DNA of 64,000 nt. Source: Neodothiora populina (Eukaryota). The stretch covers positions 868,001-932,000 of the forward strand of contig NW_027191409.1 in NCBI RefSeq assembly GCF_041146345.1. The letters run 5' to 3'. The translations under genes were made by a program, and so were the position numbers. This document shows, one piece after another, positions 37,414-53,600 of the stretch (position 1 is the first letter of the stretch; the number at the start of each line of letters is the position of its first letter). A model generated the notes under the pieces. It saw only the letters and a list, made by a program, of their open reading frames with translations, searched no databases and had not been told where the DNA came from.

Positions 37414-38974
37414 TTACAGATGTGCCGATGGCCTATCTTGGACTTCTGTCCATGCAGAAGCATACCCACAAGACCTGACCCACCTGGGTGGCGGACTCTC
37501 GACAGAGTCGATGGCCATGTGACCAAGCTTCAACCACATGTCTCCCTTGATCCTGAATGAGTCCTTGTTGTGTTCAAACGGCTTACAAACCTGCTCGCCG
37601 TGCGCCAGCGCCCTTATCAGCTTGCATGCGTGTCCGTCGTCTTCGTGTTCCGTGACTCGGTCGATGATCTCCGCCCACCCGGAAGGACGCTTCGGCTTGT
37701 AGTCTGTGATCTCATCGAGAAGCAACCTGGCACACCCCCGAGATGCGTACAGAGCGGCATCGTTACGGACTTTCCATTCCAACAACCTGATTTTGTTTTC
37801 ATCGCTCAACCAATTTTGCTTCAAGAACGCAGAGAAGAAAATAGAAGCGTTGATGCTGTGCATGTAGAAGAAGTCCATCTTGACAAGCTTGGGTGGGTTC
37901 TGCGCCGCCGCCGTGAAGTACGCTGTCGTGTTGATCATTTCTGCGGTTCGTTCTTCCAGTTCGTCCGCAGAGGAGATTTTGTACTGGCTCATCATGTCGA
38001 TCATGGTTTTCGAGTCCGTTCTCATAATGCCGTCGCGGATGCGATTGCCGTCGACGTCTGCTGCGTCTCTTAGACTAATGGTCGCTTGGATCTGATCGAT
38101 GATCTCCACGAAGCTTTTGGATGGTTCGCTTGATCTAGATGATGCTGCGTCTTCGGCGGAAATCAAGAGATCTTTCATCCAGCCTTCGTGCACGGCTGTT
38201 TGCGCCAGACTCTCGGCGATTATGGCCGGTTGGTTGAACTCGACTCCGAACCCTAGATGGATTTGAGGATGCAGGAAGCCTGATGATCATGATCATCAGT
38301 CTAGTTCACGTGCCACCTTACCTTTCCTTCTCATGTGAGAGCAGATTGACACAGACGTCAGACTCACCGGCAAATAATCTCCCAAGCATAGCCTCAGCCC
38401 TCTGATCCCTCCGGAACAAAACCTCATCGACCACGCTCTCCCACCCCTTAGTCTCAATCTCCTGCTGAAAATACCGTAAGAAATCACTATAATACCTCGC
38501 CTTCCCCAAGAACCCTACGAACTTACTCGCATCACTCATCTCGTGCACAACGCCCTCCTTGGCCTTTCCAGCAGGCCGCTGATAGCTCTCGTTGACAGCA
38601 TACTGCTTCTGGATCTGAGCCGGCGACGCTCCCAGCGCGTACAGCGTCAGCAGGTGATGCACGATATGGTTGTGGAAGCCCGAGCTGTTGAAGAAGATGT
38701 CGTGGTCGACGTGGTTTTGCTGTAGTAGTGCTGAGGTCCGCTGCGCTGAGGCAGGGGTTATGTGCTCTGGGACTGAGTAGCACAGGCTGGTGGCGTCCGC
38801 GGATGAGAGCTGCACGTTGGATGCCGTGGACATTTTTCTGGCTTGGTGCTGCCTCTGTAGGGGTTGAGCAAGTGTGAATGATGTTGGGCTTGTTGATGTT
38901 GTTTCTACTCGTGTCTGGGTTGTTGCTGCGATGGTTCGGAGACCACTACGCAGTCTGCCAACCCGGTGGAACAT
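37414..38974 (-). CDS. HypA/AflY (questin oxidase, DUF4243)-family oxidoreductase
   Basis: GFHNHIVHHLLTLYALGA, YYSDFLRYF, (G)FLHPQIHLGFGVEF, DFFYMHSIN and DDGHACKLIRAL. Intron at 38280-38367. Alternative start at 38833. Confidence 0.88.
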
Positions 38975-40136
38975 GGACATATACACCTTATATGAGGTAT
39001 ATAGTAAGAAGGCGGGGTGCGGCGAAAAGTGAGGAGATGCTGCAGCAAGCACTAGCATTCACTCATACACGCGATGAAAGCATATGCATGTACAAATTCG
39101 TGGAATAATAATACCGTACTGTAAGACCAATGGAGTAATGAGGGGTAGCAAGGCTTTCTAGATTTCGATTTGTCAAGTGCTTTGTGCGAGAAGCAATGAA
39201 TTCACAACCCATACCTACTGTCTACCTAAAGATGAAGAAGAACGTACTCTAGGCAGAGTATCACAAGACCACCACGCTTAGCAATAGCGATAGCAACACC
39301 ACCCGCGACCTCTGTCAAAGTCAAGACGGCAATTACCGCCCACCTCGAGCAGACCTATACCGAGCGCTGACTAAAGACAAAAGACCCGACTATTCACACA
39401 TCACCGCGATAACAAGGCATTCATCGCACTAAGTAAAGTAAAGTAAAGTAAAGCAAGAAGCATAAAGCCAGGCAGCCGACCATACAGTACTGTACAGTCC
39501 TTCGGACGCATCGGTCTCAAAGCACGTCCGAGGTATCGCTTCAGCAATTAATGCAGCGCTACAGTCAGTTCAGCGTATTCGTGCAACGCATGCGTGCTTA
39601 CAAACCCGCCTTATACCGCTTACTGTATGAACGCGGACAGTCCCATGGCACGAAACAACGAGGGAGTCGCCGTTGGCCGTGGGGGTTATTTCCGTCGTCC
39701 TCGAGGGTCGTGTGACTTCCGGTCAGCGGGATGAGGAAACTAAAGTTGAGGCTGTTTTCGAGGAATGGGGCTGTATAATGTCTGTTACGCGATGTGTGAG
39801 GCTGTATTTGCGAGGTAGAGCCTGGTATATGGGACAGGATTTGAAGAGATGAACCCGGTGATGGGTCTTTGAAGGAAAATGTGATCGTTGGGTTATTTTT
39901 TCATGGACGAGTTGTGTCGATGTGATGAGGACAGGGTTCCCCTTCTGGTTCCATGACCCTGTAAGTTATGAATATGAGCTGCGATTTTTTCTGATCGTAG
40001 CTAGGACGGATAGAAATTTACGTGCAGACTGAACGGTCACTTGGTAGAAATGTATATTTGTCACTATTGGATATAATAAATCATATGATTATGTAGCAAG
40101 AACCCTCCTTACAGCTTCCTTCAAGACGATTATTGT

Positions 40137-42266
40137 TTACCGTAGCTTAAACCACGCGAGGATATCATGTCGAGCGAAAAAGGCGCGATTACGTTTTCCG
40201 AAAACATCTATCTCAAAGGTCAGTCAGAGCGCCCTTTCGTGTGAATTGCGAAGCCAAAAGGCAAGCAGCAGGAAAAAGGGGATACTCACACATGAGAACA
40301 GTACTCAATACCAAAACGCCCAGCTGCACACTAGCGACAGCGATGAAGACCTTTCTGATGCCCGCTTCCACAAGCCAATCATATCCTGACCAAGTGAGAC
40401 CGAACGAGAAGACGTTTTTGAAGATCAGCATTGCGGTGAATGCCTCAACTTGCAGCCCACCACTGCCTCTGGCGGATGCACTGTCTTCAGTACTGCTACT
40501 ACCGCCACGGTGAACGCTATCGTCACTGTCTCCGCCCGCGCATGAATCAGCCACATACAAGCTAGCGGCGACAGCGCCAACGACCATGCCAGCGACTTCG
40601 AGCGCGAAGAAAAAGTCTGGCCAGAACCAGCCGTATTTCCTGACGTCGTTGCTCACGATGCCAAACCCGTACAGACCAGCGCATCCCAAGATGACCTGAG
40701 GAATGACGAGGATGAGACGAAATTCAGGCTCCCAGACTCCGTTGTTGTATTTCTTCGCGATGATGCGTGTCGGAATGTAGTCAGCCATGAACCCGCTGAT
40801 TGCAAAGCCGATGAGGGCGCCTATGAATGCGCCCACATACATGTAGCCTGTTTCTACCTCATTGAATGATAGCGGAGGGAGAAGCATGATGGCCGCAAGG
40901 ATGATACCGATTAGCACTGTCCAGCCAATCAGGAGACCCTGGGTTACAGAAGCATAAAGGATCGTGGGGTGAGATATGAGCAAGGGCAAAGGTCGGAGGA
41001 GTAGAAGATGATAGGGTGTCTTTGTGAACCGAGTTCGAGGAAACAGCCGTAGTGTTTGGAGGTAGGGCGTACGTTCTCGCTTCGTCGCCAGTGTTGACGG
41101 TGTCGAGGTCGCCATGGTCGTTGGAGATGAGCTCTTCACGGCGAAGTGAGCAGTCGTATCATCTTTCTCTAGCCGGGAGTGTTGGTGCTGTTGTCCCTTT
41201 AGCTCGTGAGATAGTGCTGCGTCACTATTGACGCTGCCGTTGTTGCTGTAATCGAGCATCTCATGAGCAATGCCGTCTCGATCGTCATAGCCTGTCGATG
41301 ATGATACACGATCTTCGACGCCATCGCCAGAATATGCCTGTCTCTGCCGGTCTGAATCTTCACCTAATTCAAACATCTCTCTGCCACCGTCTGCTTCATT
41401 GTCTCTCACAAATGTTGTCTCAGGACAGTAGAATATCACGAGCGGCAACATACAACCCGTAAAGATAGCGATGAACCAAAAACACCATTCCCATCCCAGC
41501 GTACTGGTCATTTTACCCACCACGACTGGTGTGAAGAAAGCACCTCCGAACAGCGCCAGCGCACTAAGCGCCATACGCTTACCTCTTTCATGAACAAAGA
41601 ACAGATCAGCCACGCTAGCATTGACGAGGGCTTCGAATGGCGCGAGGCCGATGCCTTGGAACACACGCGCCCACAGAAGACTCGTGTAGCTGTGACTCGA
41701 AGCACCACCCCAGATACTGCTGAAGATGACGATGACAGTACCAAGGAGGTAGAGGTGACGCTTTCCCCATACGCGGGCGGAGGGAACAAAAATCAAACCA
41801 CCCACAGCAACACCAAGAAGATGATAGCCTGTAAGCAGCGCGATATCAGTAAACGAACGCCGAAAGTGAAGCGTCAGTGTCAGAGTGTTTGCTGCTAGTA
41901 ACGGTGATAGCGTCGAGGCGATGACGGAGAGGACGCAGAGGATTGCCAGGATTCGGTCGCGCTCAGCAAGAGGCCAGTTGAGAGGATCGTTTGGGTCGTC
42001 GCTAGGCTGTGGGACCAGTGCTACCGGGTTAACTCCGTCGCTGTATTTGAGATGTCGTCGTGGCTGTGACGGGCCGGTCTCGTGTGAGGTGTCATTGTGC
42101 AGCCTTCCGCCTAGCTGGTCCTCCTCAAGGTCCGCAGTGCCTGCGTAGTACTGTGTGAGTGAAATCTTTCCGTGCCACTCCATCGGCGAGATGATATGCG
42201 GAGGAAAGCAGCTGTCATACCTGGTACTCGTTGCGACCCCTTGACTTCTAATATACCCAACCCCAT
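40137..42266 (-). CDS. MFS transporter (Hol1/DHA1-like)
   Basis: Inferred start MGLGILEVKGSQRVPG at 42266, intron 42141-42220. Motifs LVPQPSDDPNDPLNWP, WGKRHLYL, ARVFQGIG, DLFFVHERG and EPEFRL. Last intron 40208-40289; ends YVFGKRNRAFFARHDILAWFKLR. Confidence 0.9.
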
Positions 42267-43636
42267 TTTTGGTACTTTTGTTACAAGCCAATCCCTCGCC
42301 TTGCGCACTCACGATAAGCCAGTATGCGCCTGATGTTGCGGGTGGCCAACCCAAGCACGTCGTCTTCTTCACTGTTCGAATACCCTCAAGTGGCAAGAAA
42401 CGGAATAGATTCCCTTGCTCTCCAAGCGGATCCTCCTTTTGACCGAGGAACACGAAGAGACGCTGCTCCGATGCTCGATGGTATGCCAAAGGCCCTCACA
42501 AAAGACGTCTTTTGACGGTATCAAGAAGAAGCGAGAAGAAGAGAAGATAGAACCAACAGCGGACTCGAAAGAAACCTGGAATGCACCCAGCAATATATCT
42601 CTTCCCCTCGCAAGTAGCGCGCTACCACACTTTAATACAGCACCTGTTTCCTGGTGCCGCCTCAAGATGTTTGACCCGAATGAAAACGAGCACAAAGCGC
42701 AAGATCACAAACAAACACACGACCGTACAAGAACCGCAAAGGCTGGGTAAGGTAGCTAGCGCAATGTGACCTCTCTGTCTTCGCGTCGACAAGGTATGTC
42801 TTCGCAAACCTGTAATCTACCCACAAAACGTCGTACGACAAAGTAAGTCGGTCAAGCAAGGCAAAGACCAAGAGATAGAAAACTCATAGTAGGAAACACT
42901 CAGCAATTCTCCTAAAGAAGAGGTGCAGAGACAGAAACAGACCAGGAAGAAAGTACAGACCCAATCAAATTCGAGCTGAAACCCAATCTCAGAAGGTGAA
43001 GGTACTTGACTTGTACATATGCATGTACCCTGGGGGCCACCTACACACGCTACAAGTACCTACCTTACATAGACAATCTTCTGCCTACAAGCACAGCAGC
43101 AGTGGTAAACTCTAAAAATCTAGATGATTGCAACGCGAGCTGAAAGAGCTGAGCTGAGCTGAGCTGAGCTTGCTTGCCCCGGACCAGACCTTAACCAAGA
43201 AGAGACCAGACCCTAATTACTTGTTTGCGAGTGAACAGACAGCAGCAGCGCCACACTTGGCTGCCCGTGCCGTCGCGGCGGTGTTTTGATGTTTAAGGCC
43301 AATCATAATTCAAGGAACTCAGGGCATGTTACGCTATTCGTAGACAGACTACCCTCTCTTAGTCTCTGTAAAGACGAGGTCTTCTCATCGTCTAATCTCT
43401 ATGATTACGAGATTGGAATACAGCTTGTCTGTAGGTTACATCCAAGAGTGACGAGGAAAGAGAAGGATATGGTTGGATTACAGTGTAGTAGTAGTGATTT
43501 ATTTGCACCATGAGGTAGTCTGTGGTATCACAAAAGAGCAATCAGGCAAAAAAAGTGTGAGCAAAGGAAAGAGCCGACATCATATCAATCCGATCCGATC
43601 CCAATCATTCAAATCGAGTCGGAAAGACAGAAGAGA

Positions 43637-46500
43637 TCAGTCCTCGTCCATCTCCTCCACTTCGGCCTCGACCTCTCCTTCTGCTTCTCCTTCTCCCTCA
43701 TTATCACCCTCGCCTTCACCATCGTCCTCGTCGTCGCTCTCGTCCCCATCGGCTTCTCCCAATAGTTCTCGATCGTCGTCATCGAGTTCGCCAGAGTCGC
43801 CTGCCGGAGGAGCGCCGGCTTCGGTGAGGATCGTCTCGTCACCGTCGAGCATGGTCTCGTCTTCATCGTTTGCCGGGACAGGTGTGGCCGTGGCGGACGC
43901 GGCGGCAGCGGCCGCTGCAGCAGCAGCAGCTGCTGCTGCCGCGCTCCCCTTTTACCCTTTTTGCCATCACCGGCAGGGGTCGAAGCACCGCCCTTGGACT
44001 TCCGTCCTGCCGCGGCGCCGGTGGCGCGTTTCCTGGCTTGACGTGGACGGGGTGTGAGGGTGGCAGTGAGTTCGGCGTCGAGCTCCTGGTCTTCCTTTTC
44101 CAATTCTGCTTCGTAGGGGATTTTGCGTTCTGGCGGCTCTCGTAGCGGTGCTCCCTTGTTTGCGCGCTCGTCCCAGACTTCCATGCGTTCGTAGAAGCGG
44201 CGCAGTCCGTCTGCGTAGTATATCGCCTGCTCTCCGTAGTCGTCATCGTCCTCCGGGTCTGGTTTGAAGATGTCGCGAGCCTTCTCTCGCTCAATCTCCT
44301 TGTCTGTCCTCGGGAGACGGAAGCCGCCGAGAGTCCTTGTGCCGGCGCCAGCTTTTCGAAGAGCTGCTGCGGCCTTTTCTTCCTCCCTGACTTTGTTTTT
44401 CCCGTTGTCGTCCTTGTCCTTGTCCTTGGAGTCTTCCTTGGGCTTGTCTAGACTGTCTTCTTCGCTGTCCCAGCCGTCGGGAAGCATCTTGATGCGCTTC
44501 CATGCCTGAACGATAGGGCCCTCCTCGTATCTTTTCTTCTTCGCGTCTCTGAGCCTGGTGCGATGACCGAGGTCGAGGATAGAGTTGACGCGCGTGCGAC
44601 GATGATCGCTGACTGCCTGCTGGTGGGATGTCAAGGGCCGACTACGCTTGGAGGATTGATACGAGGGAGTGGGTATGTGGTCCTTGATGTTGAGCGGCTG
44701 GAAGGAAATGCTGGCCGAAGGAGAGGCCCGAGCGCCAGGTGTGTTCGGTGCCGGGGACTCGTGGACGAAGCCGAATGACGGTGTGTTGGGCAGGATGGGC
44801 TGCGGCTCCGATCGCTCGCCCTTGCTTCGTCGCCAATTGCCCCGGCCAGGGCCCTTCTTGGGCACGGCAGCGGGTGACGTGTTCATGGCGGGATCGTCTT
44901 CGCTCAATAGGCTCTTGATGCCAATGGCTGTACCTGGGGTCTTTTGACTTCTGTTGATGGCTTGAAAACCAGAGGCTGGCGGTGAGGGCGAGCGGGTGTG
45001 TTCGCTGCCGGCGTAGCCGTCGCCGTGATCGTCATGGCTGTATGCCGAACCTGTGCTGTCGTCAGCCATGATCACTTCCTGCACAGGGAGGGGGCGAGTG
45101 GGAGCAGTGGAAGTGGAATCAAGTGGAATCGAGAGGGCATGGTGCTCACCACCAGGTACGGGCGAGTGAAAGTCGCGACTTGGCGTATTGACGCCTTCAG
45201 ACCCCTCACCCCCGGTTGCGAACAGACTCCGCTCTGCACCTGCAGTGTCAGTTTGAGAAGTAATCCACACGGACGGAACAGGATGCGACGTTACCTTTCC
45301 TCGCGCGCTTCAAGGCGGTCATGGCCGGGCTGGGTTCGCTTGCGACAATGGCTGTGAGGTAGTCAGAGACAGAGTCAGCGATAAAACATCGACGAGACGA
45401 CCGCACTCACCAAGGCGCTCCTTGCGCTTGTTGTCTCCAAACTCCTCCTCCGACATGGTGTCGACGTTCTCTCTCTCGGCTTCCTCCTCGGTCAGCGCTT
45501 CGAGGTCGGGAACCTTGATGGGCATGCCGCCCGAGCCTGGGCCTTCACCGCCGCGGCCGAAAGGGTTCTGCAGCACGCTTTCACGGGCGAAGTCGCTCTC
45601 GAGATAATGCCACATCAGCCACAAGAAAGCGTTGGCTCTACTTTTGCTGCTCAGCGTCGGTCGCATGACAAGGTCGAAAAAGTCGCGCGGGGCGTGGAAG
45701 TGAAGCTCGGAGATCTTGGGCGCATACTGGGCAAGCACGAAGATCAAGTTGACCGGGTTCGTGCGTGGTTTGTCGGCGGCTTTGATTTCTTCAATGGTGC
45801 CAGGCTGAGGCGAGTCTTCGGTGGCACCCTTCAAGATGGACTTGAGACGAGGCGCATCCTGGAGTTGCTTGTAGGCGTTGGGATCTTGCCTGGCCTGGAG
45901 AGCTGGGATGGAGTGGTAAGTGCGCAGCTGTGCGCGCATCTCGGGAAAGAAGTTCAAAGTAGTATTCATCCTGCCGACATTGACCAGCAGACACACCATA
46001 GCCATAGTAATCGCAGAAGGCACATCTTGCGCCAGCTTCTCCTTGAGGATCTTGCTGCACTTGCTGCTCTTGGACATGGCATCGATGTAGATGTCGGCAA
46101 AGGTGAAGCCCTCCTTGCCGTCCGAGTAGCGCGTGAAGACCTTCTGCTCGTTGTGGAAGACCAGACACAGGAACTCGTACTGGATGTCCTTTCTCCACAG
46201 CGGAATGCCATCCTCTTTCTTCAAGTGTCGTATCTTATTGCCCGAGTAGACGGATGACACGCTGCCGTTGGCATTGCGCCGCGTGGTTTGTGTCGTCGAT
46301 GTGTAATGGGGAGCATCGGCGTCGTCCCGAGTCTCGTCGACAGAGGCGGCCTTGCCATTCTCGTCAGAGGCTCCTTCCGGCTGCGCGTTCGGTGTTGCTG
46401 CAGCTGCTGGCGCTATTGTGGCCTGCGCGGTCGGCGTGGGTGGTGTGGGTCTGGCACTCTCTTCTGGTTCATCCGCCAGGATGTGTTTCAAGCTCGACAT
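43637..46500 (-). CDS. IES1: INO80 complex subunit Ies1 (apparent 1-nt frameshift near 3' end)
   Basis: KIRHLKKEDGIPLWRKDIQY, LVNVGRMNTTLNFFPEMRAQLRTYH, KQLQDAPRLKSILKG and RANAFLWLMWHYLE. Introns at 45352-45410 and 45240-45294. The acidic tail is in a different frame after ~43950. Confidence 0.88.
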
Positions 46501-46507
46501 GTTGGAG

Positions 46508-46540
46508 ATGATGATGATGATGATGATGATGACAACAACA
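46508..46540. repeat. (GAT)n trinucleotide microsatellite just upstream of the IES1 start; (TTA)n at ~46816-46832
   Basis: Directly visible tandem repeats. Confidence 0.85.
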
Positions 46541-48593
46541 AGAAAGGAATGAAGGCTGATGGATAGTAGACTGGAAGGGAACGGCAAGGGAATGGCAAGC
46601 GCATAAGGGCGCCGGACGTCGAGACAGCAGCACCTGGCGAGACGATGGGCGCGGATGCAAAAGAGAGAAAGAAGATGTGGAGAGAGATGTACAAGGATGT
46701 GCTGTGTGTGCTGTATACAACAACGCCTGTTGAGTCTGGTGGAGACCTTGTTTGAATGTGCTCTGGATTGACACGAAGAACAGTTGCTGCTGATGCCGCT
46801 GTCGATAATGATGAGATTATTATTATTATTATTGTTATCGACAGAGCCAAGCTCCATGCATGTATGAGAGAGAGGTTGTTGCTGTTCTAAACCCTTTTTA
46901 AACCAGCTCCTACACTTCTGTGCATGTGCTGCGAATAAAAAGTACTGTGGAAGGTATTATTGTCAAGGAACTGCTGTGTCGCTGACTGCTGATCTGATCA
47001 TCAATTGCATCGAATAACTCTCTCCGCCCTACGGATTCACCGAGACAAAGTACAAGAAGCCGCTTCGAGCTTCAGCTCCTCCTCGCTCCAGATCCACATC
47101 CGTTTCCTCATCGCTTTTTTCTGATGATACAGCAGCAGTATTACTTTGCCTATCTTGCTTGTTATGCCGATGTCCCGACATGACGCCGTCTGTCCCACAG
47201 ATCCGGGGGAGACGCTTGGATGACTGACTTCTACACATGGGGAAAAGCTTCTCTGCCTTACTCGTGTGATAATATAATACCTTACTCTGCACGCACATAA
47301 GGTAGGTACTTTATGGTGACCATCTTGACGTGCACTACTTCAGGCGCAGGCATATGTCTACATCTCGTGTTCTCATGTCCAATTATAAGTAACGATGATG
47401 TCGCTCTGCGTGCATTAGTAACAATCCATAGCATGCGATTTGTGAAGTTGACGTGATAACATGCAGCCTACCTTCCCATGCTATATGTGCAGTAAAATGT
47501 CATGCATCCTTGCGTGACGCGGCTCATAACACTTGCATGCTCGCCCCCGTTCTTCTTCAGCTGCTTCATCTATAATTGATTATTCACAATATGCACGAAC
47601 AAGAGAATCCCAGTGAGCACTATATGTTGCAAAGTACAATTGAAAGTCTTTCTATTGGAGCACGAGCGACATGGAAAAAATACATATAACTTTTTTTTTG
47701 GGGGGGGGGCGTTGATCCTGCCGAAAGACCAGCATATCCCACAGGCCGCGATGCATATTCTGCCGCGCCCATATAACTCCCAGACGAGACCTGATCTAAA
47801 TATGGTATCATCCGAAAAGTCGTCTTGCGCTGCCTGTCGCTCCATATAACAGCCGTAATAACCATCTTGACCCCACATCAGGGGGGGAAAGACGGGTATC
47901 TCTGTCCGTCCGTCCGTCTGTCTGCCTGCCTGCGCTCTCCTTGTCAAAGAACGCCTGAAGCAGCACACGTGGGGTATCATCGCTGCACAGAACCGAAAAG
48001 CAGCTTTATATAAATGCGCTGCCAGAAAATAGCCCTGAACGAGGCTTCCATGCCACGTCAAATGCCAGGATCGTTTTTGCTGTAATGGGGGTCCATGTGA
48101 GAAAAAAGCTAGGAAACAACGCGCGTGTGCAAGGAAAATGTGAGAATGAAGAAAAGCTGGAACCGAAGCAGGCCGAATCTATCGTTGCAACAAATGCCCA
48201 GAGCCGTGATGCAGACGAGTGCGCTCGCCGCGGCTGTATCTCTCCCATGGTATGCAGGCGGCCTCGTAATCAGAGAAGCCAAAGCACGCGCCGGGTGAAA
48301 GAGTTTGCCGCGAAATAAGTCATAATCGTTAAGAGCGCCGTCTCCGTACGATGCAGTCGAGCCCAAAGGAGGAGATAAAGTCAACGCTTTCTATCATGCT
48401 GATTGGGGTATGAATAAAAGACGATCTTTCGAGACTTTGTCGCGCCAGTGATTCGTGTGTTTCGAAGTCCAGTGTACCGAAAAGCACGCAATCGATATAA
48501 AAAAACAAAAACCAGATAATGTAGGAAAATGCATGACCCGTTTGCCAGTGTAGGTGCTGGCTTGTCATGAAGACGTCAGTGGGATAGGCTGCT

Positions 48594-50686
<2,093 letters not shown>

Positions 50687-53600
50687 ATTGAAAAGTAGTG
50701 TTCAAGTAAGGAAGAGAATGTGCAATGTCGCGTAGAGCGAAGTGTAGATATAAAATTCTGGAGGACAAAAAAAGAAGATTCTGGCAAAGGCTTAAGTAAA
50801 AAAGACCAACGGAGAGGATCTCTGTAAGCCTATGAATTACGTGGGAAGATGTACCGGGACTGATGAAAAATCCTAGTGTTCCCTGAGTGAGTGAGCGCGC
50901 TGCAAAAAATGCCAACGAACTCCAACAAAAGCCGAATAAAGGTTCCTGGTGAGTTTGATTTTTTTTGAGAGGTAGAGGGGATAGTGTAGTGAAGGGGAGG
51001 TGAGAAGAAGGTGGGTTCGTACAAGGTAGGCCTCCTACTTCTTGAAGATTCAGGTTGTTCTGATTTTCTTCGACGGCGCCACTTGTGCCAAGACTTTTGT
51101 TGTCACCGCCTTGCAAATAAGGGGCGTGGACGAGTTTCCGTGGGGTTTGGTGGGAAGATTTGCCTGTGAAGGCTCGAAATGGCTCGAAAATCTCACTGTG
51201 CGTTGAAGCCGCTAACGCCGAATGGGGAGAGAGTTATTGGGCTGGAATGCGAGTGATCCGATTGGTGGTGAAGCAAGAAGCGATAAGGTACAGGTACAGT
51301 ACGGTGCCCCAGGTCTCCGTCGCACTTACTGTAAGGTAGCAAGAAAGGGACAACGCTTGTGAAGAGAGACACTTGTGGCTCAATCTATCAAGTCGTAATC
51401 GGCTATCACTTCGCATGCAGACAGGAGGTGCTGCAAGTAACACTGCAGAGAAGGCACGGCAGGTCACTTGCGTTCTCGACATCGGAGTGAGGGAAGGAGT
51501 GAAATAAGCTACGACTTGTGCTTACTCTTTCCGGTGAGTCCAGGTCAAGCACCCCAGACTTGCAGTTTACTTTTCAAGGACATTCCAAGGACAACCTTAC
51601 AGTGCCTTGCCTGTGCAGCGGAAAAGCCAGCGACCGGTCTCGGGTCAGATGTTCGACAGAAACGGTCCCAGTCATCTGTCTAGCTCAGCACCGAATGCAC
51701 CATCTATGATATCCTAGCCCTGGAGCCACTTTTCTGAAAGGGTCAAGACCAATGGAAGGCCGACATCCCTCCACTCCACCTGGCTGACCTTGTCGGGCTA
51801 AACCTGCAGCCTTTTATCGGATTTCAGGTCATTCCATCTTATTGCCGGTAATGGTCCAAATCCACTTCTTTCAATCGAAGTCTGGCCGTAAAATCTGCAC
51901 GAAGCCATTGCCCAGTGGCGTTGTGGTCCATCCATGTGAATGTTACTCTATGGCTTGTGTGTGCTGGCATTGAGAAAGCTCAGTCGTGGACAGACTTCGT
52001 GACCTGTCAATCTTTAAGCTTGTCATTCAGTACGCAATTATCGTACCTACGATTATGGCAGGAGAGAATATCGACCAGATCTCTATGTTCATTTTGCCCT
52101 GCACACGGGACTCCCAATGCTGTGAAGCCTTTCTGTTCATGATGCGGCACTTACGGGACGATTATGCGCCACAGTTTCTGCCATTCGGCACTCAACCGAC
52201 ATCTGAACCCATCCAAAGTGGGCGCAATTCAAAAGCTCACCTGGTGTGTTTCCTTGCGGTTTGTGAGTTCAGTCCATGTTTGTCTTCAAACTCATACAAA
52301 GAGGGGGACTTGCTTGTCAGCAATGCATCATGTGTAGGAGAGTGGCAGGCTGATATGATCAAGCCATCACAGTGCATGCCGAACGACGATAATGCCGGAT
52401 GGGTGGAGTTGTAATATCCCCTTACGCATCATCGATTTCGTGCAGCCTGCCTGCAACCTAGTGTTACTTCATCAGCCACCCTGGACAAGCTGTTGAGACT
52501 CACGCCACGGAATTGACTACTCTCTGCAATGTTTTCGAGGGATGTACGAAAGGCTCCTTTGTGTCTTCTTGCAGTCATTGTCAGAGAGTTATACTTCTTC
52601 GCGAATTGATTTCTCCTATCATTACAAGTCTTAGCCTCGTTACCACAACTGTCTGAAATCTTCTTCTGCTTTGGTGGTTTTTCATGAACATGTTACGAAG
52701 TAATGCTCACTCTAGCATACAAAGTGGAGAACAAGCCGCGGCTGTTGGGGGGTGGGTGAGATGCGGAACTCTCTATGAATTAGGGGCGCCGTAGCTAACG
52801 AAGCCACATCTATGCTGGCTCTTCGTTGCTGATGATCTAAGTCAGCAGCGCTCGATGATCGACTTGGAAAGATACAGATGCGAAGGTTTATGCACGACAT
52901 GAAGACCGACGTTCGCTATCATTTTACTACGCTCGGAGGTATCATGCCTTGCAACATTCATCTCACGACTGCGCCCAGCTCCTGCCGCACTTCCGTGGTA
53001 ATAGGCGCAGTCCAAAGACCATGATACTGCACCGCCCACAGCAAGCTCTTGCTCACCTTACGCACCGACAGAGCGAGCCTGCCATGCTCAAGGATGGCTG
53101 ACAGACTCTTACCCACGTTAAGAAGCCCAACTTGCAGTGCCACGATGCTTTCACCAAGCTCGTCACTATTCCATCTCAAGTCACTCCACTCGATAAACCG
53201 AAGGGCCCTCTTACCCACGAAACGAACCTGTGCCAGCACATTTGTTTCAGTTAAAAGGATGGCGAGATACTCATATTCCGATTGGACTGAGATCTTCACC
53301 GGTATTCTTGGTAGGGAGGGCTCGGCTGTACGTACCATACAGGGAAACAATCCAGGTACTGAGAACCTTTCGACGACCACACCGACTATACAAATCTACG
53401 AGGCTGTTCAAGCGACATCTTGCCGCACACCGACTTAACAGCTTTATGGGCCGCTGCTCACCCAGAGATAAAAACTGCCTTTCACAAATACTGCCTTTTA
53501 TCGAAGGGCATGCCAGCGCCTACGATATTCCGATACCAAAGCAAGATCTCAAACGCCGCCGCTAACCCCATACACACACAAGATGACCCGAACAGCTCCA

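Noticed and set aside
42267..42489. ORF-track N-terminus of the MFS transporter
   Set aside because: A family-typical start (MGLGILE...VPG) lies in another frame at 42266 with a clean intron.
46501..46857. 119-aa N-terminal extension of IES1 in the ORF track
   Set aside because: Made of microsatellite-derived poly-N and poly-I; probably UTR.
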